Part shown: one piece after another, positions 56,328 through 64,000 of the stretch | How the letters are laid out: every line of letters begins with the position of its first letter | How positions within the stretch are numbered: the stretch's first letter is position 1 | Origin: Candidatus Latescibacterota bacterium | Lineage (GTDB): Bacteria; Latescibacterota; UBA2968; GCA-2709665 | Reading direction: 5' to 3' | Assembly (NCBI GenBank): GCA_965116875.1 | Contig: OZ220733.1 | Span: forward strand, 4,256,001 to 4,320,000 | Length of the DNA: 64,000 nt | Notes under the pieces: generated by a model | What the model saw: only the letters and a program-made list of their open reading frames with translations | What the model was told of the DNA's origin: nothing | Database searches by the model: none | Translations under genes and position numbers: made by a program

Positions 56328-58046
56328 GTGTTTCGACATTTGCGTATCTGGCGCTACAGCCTCCTTATCACGCTTTTCGTGGGCGTGTGGGAAGACGTGT
56401 CCGCGGCAGGCCGCGTACTCGTACGGAAGGTGCACGTAGACGGGGCGCACCGGATTTCCGAGGACCGCATACGAGGCTGGCTGGTCACGCGGCCCGGCAT
56501 GCCTCTGGACAGCCTGCTGATTGAGAAGGATATGGCGCGAATTCTGAAAGGCTATTTGAACGAGGGTTACTGGCAGGTAGCGGTCGCGTTTCCGGAGGTG
56601 GAGCCGAACCGGGGGCGTGTGCGGTTTCGGATTGAGGAGGGCCGTCGGACCCTGATCGACAGGATCCGGATTACCGGAAATGTACATGCTGCGAAGGATT
56701 CGCTGAAGAACGAGATGTTTTCGCGCGGCGGGTCGCCGTTAATCCGGGAATCCCTGGAGATCGATATCGAAGCGCTTCTCAGATTCTATGAGAACCGCGG
56801 GTACCCCTATTGTTCGCTGGCGCCCGAGGTGCGCTTGTTGCCCGGCAGCCACGTCGCGCAGGTCAGGATCGCGGTGGACGAAGGTCCCTTTGTGCGGGTG
56901 GATACGATCCGCTTCACGGGCAACCGGATCACCCGAGTGGAGACGCTGCGCCGGGAAATGCGGATGGCGCAGGGCGGGCCCTACGACCGGCGACGGGTCG
57001 ACCGGGCGCTTCGTGCGCTCAGACGTCTTCCATTTCTGCTGGACGTGGATGACCCGTTGTTGATGACCGAACCCGACGGACGTACGGCGCTGGTCGTTTC
57101 CGTCCACGAGGCCCCGGCAGGCAGGGCCGAAGGCGTCGTCGGCGTTGTGCCCGCATCGCGTGACGGCGTTCAGGGGCTTACCGGATCGTTCGCGACCACG
57201 TTCGTGAATCTGCTCGGAACCGGGAGGCAGGCGGACGCCTCCTGGTCTCGCAGAGGGAACGGGGCGTCCGACCTGGACCTGCGATACCATGAGCCCTGGA
57301 TCCTGAAGCGGCCATTGGGCCTGGACGTGGGGCTTCTGATGCGGCAGCGGCCCGGATTCGCCGAAACCCGCATGGGCCTCGGCGTCAGTCTGTCCACGGC
57401 CGGCGGCGCCGCCGAGGTCCGGCTGGGCGCTTCCAGGGGCGGTGTCCGGCCGGATTCGAGCGGGGCGAACCGGTTTGCGAAGGGTCGTATAACCTCTCTG
57501 GACGGTGCGTTTGAGCTGGACGGCAGGAACGATCGATGGAATCCCACGTCGGGATCGTTGTATCGCGTGGGTCTGGTGTGGAGCCGCGTGACGCAGGCAG
57601 GCGGCGCAGGCCGGAGGTTGCGCGCAACCGCGGACTTGCATCGAATTCTTCCGCTGGGACGGCGGACCGCGGTGGCCGCCTCGCTGCATGGAGCGGGAGT
57701 GGCCGAAACGGGGGTCGGGCTTCCGGACGGGCCGTTGCGATTGGGAGGAGCCGCATCGATACGAGGCTATCGCGAGGAGGCGTTTCTGGTGAATCGGGCG
57801 TTCTGGATGAATCTGGAGTGGCGGGTCATTCTCGCGCGCCGGTCGAGGGCGTTTTTCTTTGTCGATGCCGGTGTTCTGGGAGATGGCGCCCGGGGTGAAA
57901 GGAATGGGCTGCTCTTCCCGCTTGGATTCGGACTGGGCATGCGAACCGCGTCCCGGGTTGGGACCATCGGACTCGAATACGGGATGGCGAGAACCGACAG
58001 TCCGGGTCGTGGAAAGGTTCACGTACGGATCGTGAACGACTTCTAA
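56328..58046 (+). CDS. Omp85/BamA-TamA family protein with POTRA domains
   Basis: POTRA motifs (IRITGN, YENRGYP, IRFTGN), NLLGTGR, LGGAASIRGY, FVDAG, C-terminal Phe. Confidence 0.9.
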   Translation: MFRHLRIWRYSLLITLFVGVWEDVSAAGRVLVRKVHVDGAHRISEDRIRGWLVTRPGMPLDSLLIEKDMARILKGYLNEGYWQVAVAFPEVEPNRGRVRFRIEEGRRTLIDRIRITGNVHAAKDSLKNEMFSRGGSPLIRESLEIDIEALLRFYENRGYPYCSLAPEVRLLPGSHVAQVRIAVDEGPFVRVDTIRFTGNRITRVETLRREMRMAQGGPYDRRRVDRALRALRRLPFLLDVDDPLLMTEPDGRTALVVSVHEAPAGRAEGVVGVVPASRDGVQGLTGSFATTFVNLLGTGRQADASWSRRGNGASDLDLRYHEPWILKRPLGLDVGLLMRQRPGFAETRMGLGVSLSTAGGAAEVRLGASRGGVRPDSSGANRFAKGRITSLDGAFELDGRNDRWNPTSGSLYRVGLVWSRVTQAGGAGRRLRATADLHRILPLGRRTAVAASLHGAGVAETGVGLPDGPLRLGGAASIRGYREEAFLVNRAFWMNLEWRVILARRSRAFFFVDAGVLGDGARGERNGLLFPLGFGLGMRTASRVGTIGLEYGMARTDSPGRGKVHVRIVNDF

Positions 58047-58073
58047 CGACCCGTCGACGTCTGCTCCACACGG

Positions 58074-58889
58074 TCAAAAGGGGAACAGGACGGGGATATT
58101 TTCAGGTGGGAGTGCGCCGCCGTATTCGCAGACCTGAAAGGCCTCGGCATACCGGACAGCGCGTCCGCGGCTTTCGCCGTACCGATTCACGAGAATGTCC
58201 CGATGGCGGTCGGCAACCGCGCTGAACTGCGCCAGCCGGTGTTCCAGCCATTTTCTGCGCTGGCGGGGCGATTTCGGCACTTCATCGAGTTTCCCGGCGT
58301 TAAAGGGCAACCACTCGTACATCTGCGACGTGTGACAGTGCAGCATGTCGAGCTTTTTATCCACGACCGCGTCGATGTCGATTGCGACCTCGGGCGCAAA
58401 CGGTGCGGGAAACCTGAAGTTGTCGCTCATGTACGCGATCACCGGATTGTACGCCAGCGCGGGAACGTCCGTACAGACGTTCGGGACGGTGACCATATAC
58501 GCGGCGTCCTGAACGAGGATGCCCGCGTACCGATGGTCCGGATGATAGTCGTTGGGACGATGGGTGAGGATGAGGTCCGGCGTGTAGGAACGGATCATGC
58601 GGATGACCTGCTTGCGGTTCTCCAGCGTGGGCTCCAGCTCTCCGTCGTGGACGTCCGTGACGTGGTATTCGATGCCGGCCATGGCGCCGGCGGCTTCGGC
58701 CTCGGCCCGGCGCCTGCGCGCGAGCGCGATGCCCCCCGTTTCGTGGTGGCCCGCGTCTCCGTTCGTAAGGGAGACGAACCGGACCTCGTGGCCCTGAGCC
58801 GCGTAGCGGATAGCCAGACCGCCGGCCTTGATGTCGCAGTCGTCCGGATGCGCCCCGAAAACGATAATTCTGAGAGGTCGATTCGCCAC
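58074..58889 (-). CDS. PIG-L/LmbE family deacetylase
   Basis: GAHPDD, LTNGDAG, DGEL, DYHPDH, HTSQ, AEAF. Confidence 0.9.
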   Translation of the reverse strand: MANRPLRIIVFGAHPDDCDIKAGGLAIRYAAQGHEVRFVSLTNGDAGHHETGGIALARRRRAEAEAAGAMAGIEYHVTDVHDGELEPTLENRKQVIRMIRSYTPDLILTHRPNDYHPDHRYAGILVQDAAYMVTVPNVCTDVPALAYNPVIAYMSDNFRFPAPFAPEVAIDIDAVVDKKLDMLHCHTSQMYEWLPFNAGKLDEVPKSPRQRRKWLEHRLAQFSAVADRHRDILVNRYGESRGRAVRYAEAFQVCEYGGALPPENIPVLFPF

Positions 58890-58896
58890 GGTGTGC

Positions 58897-60609
58897 TCAA
58901 TTCGGATTCGGGTGGTAGACGGCCTCGATCGATATGCCGGACCGACCTTCGGGTATGGACACGAAGCCGACGCGTTCACGGTAACGGACGTCCGTCTCCG
59001 GACGCACCTCTTCACCGTCCAGCCGGATTTCGCCAATCGATGCGCCGGCGAACTGCAGCGGGATCTGGATGCGTAGATCGGGGTGAGGCGAACCGCCCTG
59101 CAGGCTGAATCCAAGTCTCGAATCGTTCCATCGCAGGTCGGCGATGCGCCACCCATCGCGTGCGCTCCAGAAGGCCGCCCACTGGTCGAGGGACCAGATT
59201 GGCAGGCCTTTTTCGTTTGCCTTGCGTAGCAGTTCACGGCCCTGTTCCTCCGAAAACCTCACCCAGTTTCCCGGATGGATACAGACGCCGTAAGGCGTGT
59301 GGAACCGGGTCGTGATATCGGTGAAAATGCGCTCGAGCATCACCGAGAATACGGACGGCGACAGCTTGTACGAATAGTCCTGCGGGCCGAACCAGCCGTC
59401 GTCGATGAGGTGGGTGTGCTGCTGATAGACGTTGACGAGGCGTCCGTCCGGGTGGCAGAAGCGCATCGGAAGCGCAGCGCCGAAGGAGGCGTAGGGCGCG
59501 CTCTCCCGGTCTCTCATATAGGTCCCGGAAAAATAGTTCCCGTCCATCTGCACGCCCAGTTTCTCCATGACGTCCACCAAGTCCAGATAGCCGGCCCACG
59601 CGGTGCAGTGATTGCGCACGGTACGCGCGGGAATCTCGAACGTCTCCTCGAACAGGCGGACCTGGCGCTCGAATTCGGCGACGCGTTCCGGTACGGGGCG
59701 CCCGTCCAGCGGGCGAAGGTTCGGATGCGGTCCGACGTCGTGGCGTCTCGCGTATCCTGCCACGTCATCGGGCGTGGACTTCGTGTGGTTGGGGATGATA
59801 TACAGGCTCATGCGTCCCCCCGCGTCGGCGACGCCGTCGAACTCATCCTCGTTCGACGCCACGTCGGCGAAGTCTTCGTCGCCGGAGTAGAGCAGGATTC
59901 CCGGCGCGGTCCGGGGAAGATGGGACAGGACGGGAACCGGCGCAGGCATGAACTTGCGGGCGAGGTCTGTGAACAACCTCGAAAGCAGGTCTGCATGGGG
60001 GATCCATCCGGCATCGTAGGGACCCACGCGGGCGGCCATGTGGGTTGGTCGTGCGCAGCCGTCTCCGTCGGGAATGCGTTCCGCCAGGGCGGGATCGCCC
60101 TGGCGCAGCAAGAGAACGCAACGGGGCAGGTCAAAGGCGAAGGAGACGATTCGCCCGCCGCCGAGACGGGTTTCGGCTATGCCAACGGTTTCGCCGCCAT
60201 AGCGCCCCGGGTGAGACAGATAGCCCAGTGGTTTCGTGGTTTCTGAAAGTTCCCACGCGTGAACGGACCCCACGACCGGAACGAATTCGCCGGCCAGACC
60301 GCCGGTGGGATACGCCACGTTGCGCAGACGCAGCGGCGGTTCTTTCGTGCCCCGCACCTTCAGCCCGGCCGCACGAGCAAGCGCCCTTCCCGGGAGGAAG
60401 CAGAGAACCGTACCTCCCCGGCGGGCGTAGTCGGGCAGCGTGGCTTCATCATGGTACGCCGGACACACAAGCACGGGGAACTCGGCCGGTTCCAGACCGG
60501 GCACCATGTCGTTTGAGACGGGCGCGTAAAGCGGCAGACCCCATGTCTTGAGAATCTCGGCGATGTACGCCGAAAGCTTGGACCGGTCTGTCATGATGCC
60601 GATCTGCAT
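58897..60609 (-). CDS. Hypothetical protein with polysaccharide-deacetylase-like domain
   Basis: SGDED, GPHP, VRNH and IHP motifs; TGATG overlap with the upstream gene. Confidence 0.65.
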   Translation of the reverse strand: MQIGIMTDRSKLSAYIAEILKTWGLPLYAPVSNDMVPGLEPAEFPVLVCPAYHDEATLPDYARRGGTVLCFLPGRALARAAGLKVRGTKEPPLRLRNVAYPTGGLAGEFVPVVGSVHAWELSETTKPLGYLSHPGRYGGETVGIAETRLGGGRIVSFAFDLPRCVLLLRQGDPALAERIPDGDGCARPTHMAARVGPYDAGWIPHADLLSRLFTDLARKFMPAPVPVLSHLPRTAPGILLYSGDEDFADVASNEDEFDGVADAGGRMSLYIIPNHTKSTPDDVAGYARRHDVGPHPNLRPLDGRPVPERVAEFERQVRLFEETFEIPARTVRNHCTAWAGYLDLVDVMEKLGVQMDGNYFSGTYMRDRESAPYASFGAALPMRFCHPDGRLVNVYQQHTHLIDDGWFGPQDYSYKLSPSVFSVMLERIFTDITTRFHTPYGVCIHPGNWVRFSEEQGRELLRKANEKGLPIWSLDQWAAFWSARDGWRIADLRWNDSRLGFSLQGGSPHPDLRIQIPLQFAGASIGEIRLDGEEVRPETDVRYRERVGFVSIPEGRSGISIEAVYHPNPN

Positions 60610-61781
60610 CAGCCTGCCTCCCCGGGCGAAGCGCCCCTGGGCCTGGCGTCCGTGGGACGAAATTCGGGCACCTTCATCGGCCGGGAGCCGCGATCGATGG
60701 AGTCCGCCGCGAGGATGGCCGGCGCGGCTGTCTCGATTGCCCGGTAGACGTCGAACTCCGGGGCTTTCCCGTCGAGGACAGCGTCGCGAAACGCGGCGTG
60801 CACGTAATAGTCGGCGTCGCCGTGGCCGCTTGCCCGCGCTTCGGCCGGCGCGTTGGTTCGCTCGAAGCGCCAGTCGACTTCGGCCATGTCGTGCATCTGT
60901 TCGTCGGCCAGCCACAGGAGCGGTCGCCCCCTCTGCGAACGCTTCCATTCAACGCTGCCTCTTGTGCCGAGCACCTGGTACCAATGGTGACCCCGGTTGC
61001 TTGGGATTTTCTGTGTGAATCCGGCGGCCATCCGAAGAATCGCGTCCTTTTCGGTTTTCATCAGCGCCACCTGGATGTCGGGCTGACCGATTTCAGGATG
61101 GGAATAACTGGGACTGGACGTACTCATGGCCGTCACTTCCACCACCCGGTCATCCAGTACCCGGAGCATGGGACTGAGTTCGTGAGGAAGGTAGTGGATG
61201 GGCGGCATTTCGTGCAGCCACGTCGGTCTGGCCCCCGAATGCTCCTTCAGTTGCTCGACCGAATGGAACGCTCCGGTACGCGGATCCTGAAAGAACTGGC
61301 GCGTGCCGTAGTAGCCGATGTACTGGCCTTCGCAGAAGGTGACCCTGCCCAGCCGTCCCTGCGACACGAGGTCCCGCCAGATTTCCACGAAGCCCCAGTA
61401 CCTCGTCTGCTCGGCCAGATGGTAGACCAGGCCCGTGCGTTCAACCTGGGTGACGATCCGCCAGCAGTCTTCCAGGGTGTGTGCCGCGGGCACTTCGGAG
61501 TTCACGTGTTTGCCGGCTTCCAGGGCCATGGCTGCCAGTGCGCCCTGGTCCCGACAGCGAACGCAGAGGGCGACGGCGTCCACGCTGCGGTCCGCCAGGA
61601 GGTCCTCGTACGCCGCATACGCGGTGGCGGGATCATCAAGTGCGGCAAGCGCCCGTTCGTGCAGCGCGGCGATGGGGTCGCAGACGGCCGTGATCCGGTA
61701 GCCGCGGAGGCGTTGAAGCATACGGAGCCAGTGCAGGCCCCTGTGTCCCAGGCCGACGAGGCCGATGCGAATGTCATCCAT
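60609..61781 (-). CDS. Gfo/Idh/MocA oxidoreductase, GH109-related subtype
   Basis: IGLVGLGHRG, HVNSEVPAA, AEQ, CEGQY, YLPHE, GHGDAD. Confidence 0.88.
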   Translation of the reverse strand: MDDIRIGLVGLGHRGLHWLRMLQRLRGYRITAVCDPIAALHERALAALDDPATAYAAYEDLLADRSVDAVALCVRCRDQGALAAMALEAGKHVNSEVPAAHTLEDCWRIVTQVERTGLVYHLAEQTRYWGFVEIWRDLVSQGRLGRVTFCEGQYIGYYGTRQFFQDPRTGAFHSVEQLKEHSGARPTWLHEMPPIHYLPHELSPMLRVLDDRVVEVTAMSTSSPSYSHPEIGQPDIQVALMKTEKDAILRMAAGFTQKIPSNRGHHWYQVLGTRGSVEWKRSQRGRPLLWLADEQMHDMAEVDWRFERTNAPAEARASGHGDADYYVHAAFRDAVLDGKAPEFDVYRAIETAAPAILAADSIDRGSRPMKVPEFRPTDARPRGASPGEAG

Positions 61782-61791
61782 TGCATACCTC

Positions 61792-61900
61792 AGAACGAGA
61801 ATACGAGACTACGAATATACGATAAAATCGAAAGGCGCGAGAATACGTGAATTCGAAGAAACAGAAGAGCGCGAGACTACGAAGGAACGAAAGAAATCGG
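61792..61900 (-). repeat. Pyrimidine-rich degenerate 8-9-nt tandem repeat (on the minus strand)
   Basis: Shares TTCGTAGTCTCG with the 21905-22032 tract. Confidence 0.65.
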
Positions 61901-62110
61901 AGATTCCGTGGTTGAATTCCGCTGCCGGAAGACGCGTAAAACCGACCTGTCGGGAACTCACATGGAATTCCATAACAGCGTCTGCCGCGTGAACGGCGGA
62001 GTGAGGCCGGTTCTCGTGGAATTGGCGGGCATCGGACGAATATACGGAACAGGGACCCGTACGCAAGCGCGTCCTCGGCGGCGAACCGGGCGGCGACGTT
62101 CAGGGCGGAT

Positions 62111-63337
62111 TCATTCCGGGCGGCGTCCGGGACCGGGATCCGATGCCCTGTGAGCATAGTAAAGGCCGATGCCGCAGGCAACCGCCCCCAGGGCGAAGAC
62201 CGTGCCGATGGCGAACGGCAGGGACGTTCCCCAGTCGATGAGTTTTCCGCCGCCCAGGCTTCCGGAGAGCATGCCGGCGCTCCAGGCGACGTGCGCGCTG
62301 CCCACCACGCGGCCCTCTTCGCCCTCACGGGCGGTCAGCTGGAGTATACCGGGCATCGTGGTGGAGAGGGACCAGGCGAAAACGGACGCCACAATCCCGA
62401 AGATGTACAGTCCCGCGAGCGTGTGCGCCGTAAACGCAAGACCCACCGCGCTTACGGCAACGAGCGAGGATGAGATGACCACGGGTTTCCACCGGCCGAT
62501 GCGATCCACGAGCCGGCCTGTGAGCAGCTGCGAGCCGCAGGCGGCGACAAGGCTGATGGCGCTGTACGTGGTGACGGACGTGTTGGTTCCGGAGACGCGA
62601 AAGATGAGCAGCGGTATGAGCAGGGTCACGGCGCCCCAGTAGCTGGTGGGCAGGTACCGGATGGCGAGCAGCAGGCGTACCTCCCGCCGCCGGCAGAGGT
62701 CGATGAAACCCGCCAGAGAGCGTGCGGCCGATCTCTCGTTGTTTACGGGACGCGCAAGGCTGGGCAACAGGACGAGCGACAGAACGACGATACCAGCGGC
62801 GGTTGCGCAGGCCAGATGCCCCAGCCGCTCGTATCCCAGGCTGTCGGCAATGGGTCCGGCCAGCAGATTGCCCGCGGCGCTCCCGAGCGTGCTGCTCAGG
62901 AAATATCCGCCCGCGGCCATTCCAAGGACGCGGGCGGGAACCGAACCCAGAAGATAGCTCTGTCCGCCAGTACTGCTGAAACCGAACGTCATGCCCAGGC
63001 CGATACAGAGGGCCGACAGGAGATACGGGTCGCCGGTGAGAAAGATCGCGCCCGCCAACAAAGGACCGAACTGGCCCAGGATGAATACCCTCTTGATGCC
63101 GAAGGCATCGCACAGCATGCCGGCGGGAATCGAACAGAGTCCGCCCAGCGTGAAGAAGAGCCCTCGCAGGCCGGCCGAAAAGAGGGGGGAACGGGCAAGG
63201 CCGGCTTCCACGTACACGGGAAGGAGCGAGGAGTAGAGGGGCGAGGAGACGAAACTGGCAAGAAAGGAAACGACGAGAAGGGCCACGAACCGGCGGTTCA
63301 GCAACTCCTGGAAGCCTGCGGAGGTTGGTTCGGACAT
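62111..63337 (-). CDS. MFS transporter
   Basis: About 12 TM segments; GMLCDAFGIK and GRLVDRIGRW motif A. Confidence 0.9.
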   Translation of the reverse strand: MSEPTSAGFQELLNRRFVALLVVSFLASFVSSPLYSSLLPVYVEAGLARSPLFSAGLRGLFFTLGGLCSIPAGMLCDAFGIKRVFILGQFGPLLAGAIFLTGDPYLLSALCIGLGMTFGFSSTGGQSYLLGSVPARVLGMAAGGYFLSSTLGSAAGNLLAGPIADSLGYERLGHLACATAAGIVVLSLVLLPSLARPVNNERSAARSLAGFIDLCRRREVRLLLAIRYLPTSYWGAVTLLIPLLIFRVSGTNTSVTTYSAISLVAACGSQLLTGRLVDRIGRWKPVVISSSLVAVSAVGLAFTAHTLAGLYIFGIVASVFAWSLSTTMPGILQLTAREGEEGRVVGSAHVAWSAGMLSGSLGGGKLIDWGTSLPFAIGTVFALGAVACGIGLYYAHRASDPGPGRRPE

Positions 63338-63407
63338 TGTTGAACCGGATTATGGCGATTCGCGTTCGAAATCGCTGGACATCAAACTGCGGTGAAATCA
63401 TATTAAG

Positions 63408-63553
63408 CAGCCCGTTGAAAAAGTCCATCCGGGCTACGGCCGGCCCTTGCGGTCGAAAACCTGCGTTGCGCTTCCTCGCCGAATCAAAGGATGGGACTCG
63501 GTCGCGCGCCTTGTCTTCGGCCTCGCCTGCAGAGCGACTTTCTCAACGGACTG
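63408..63553. mobile_element. MITE-like element (146 bp)
   Basis: 18-bp TIRs CAGCCCGTTGAAAAAGTC vs rc CAGTCCGTTGAGAAAGTC (16/18 identical); no transposase inside. Confidence 0.65.
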
Positions 63554-63723
63554 TTAGGCGCTGTCTGGAAGCGCGCTAATTATCGAAGATCGCGGCCGCG
63601 ATGTCAACCCAAAAGCCATTCGACGTCACGGCGGCTTCGGTCGGGTCCGGGAGAGGAGCGGGTCGTCGACTTGCGGGAGTGTGCATGAATGGTCTGTCGC
63701 CCGGGAGCAGAAAGAGGTTGGGT

Positions 63724-64000
63724 ATGGGGAAAACCGCAAAACAGGTGATACCGGGCTGGACGGGGCGGTGCTATGAGGATTTCGCCGTGGGTGAAGTCTA
63801 TCGGAGCCGGTTCGGGAGAACGGTGACGGAGGCCGACAACCAGCTGTTCACGCACCTGACGCTGAATACAAATCCGCTTCATTTTGACGAAGTGTATGCC
63901 CGGGGCACGCGGTGGGGCAGGATACTGGTGAACAGTACGTTTACGCTCGCACTCGTCGTTGGCATGAGTGTGCCTGACGTGAGCGAGAAGGCGATGGCGA
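63724..64000 (+). CDS. MaoC family dehydratase, truncated by the window end
   Basis: Manual translation: GRCYEDFAVGEVY..GRTVTEADNQLFTHLTLNTNPLHFD..VNSTFTLALVVGMSVPDVS. Confidence 0.88.
   Translation, partial: MGKTAKQVIPGWTGRCYEDFAVGEVYRSRFGRTVTEADNQLFTHLTLNTNPLHFDEVYARGTRWGRILVNSTFTLALVVGMSVPDVSEKAMA

Noticed and set aside
1-64000. tRNA/rRNA genes and prophage
   Set aside because: No cloverleaf or rRNA signatures and no phage structural or integrase genes seen by eye; tRNAscan-SE would be decisive.

Overview
High-GC bacterial chromosomal segment. The rplM-rpsI-rpsB-tsf-frr order, the SprA-like/Omp85 gene pair, and the many Gfo/Idh/MocA, PhyH, sulfatase, NHL and PQQ-propeller genes suggest an FCB-group organism such as Latescibacterota, possibly a sponge symbiont; this is inference. 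About 55 genes are present: sugar/amine catabolic clusters (ManD/RspA enolase, class III aminotransferase, AKR, five Gfo/Idh/MocA paralogues, DUF1080, TIM-barrel isomerase), a Dpp-type ABC transporter, translation genes without pyrH, an IS1380 with TIRs and a CTAA duplication at the stop codon of a guanine deaminase, a decayed defence islet (type III Res-like fragment, vapC pseudogene, RqlH/RqlI-like RecQ-PRTase plus DprA), a signal-peptide-bearing TldD/TldE-like pair, a PemK/MazF TA module, dapL, an NHL/large OMP/TamA operon and a MITE. Best novelty candidates: (1) an apparently standalone ~250-nt transcript upstream of rplM with a strong SD, an 11-codon ORF and a ~195-nt multi-stem RNA; (2) a bacterial OSGIN1/OKL38-like flavoprotein; (3) the RecQ-PRTase/DprA module next to a nuclease-antitoxin-like chimera; (4) a PhyH enzyme with a halogenase-type HxG motif; (5) the exported TldD/E pair behind a perfect 12-bp palindrome. 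All calls come from reading motifs by eye; no database searches were run.
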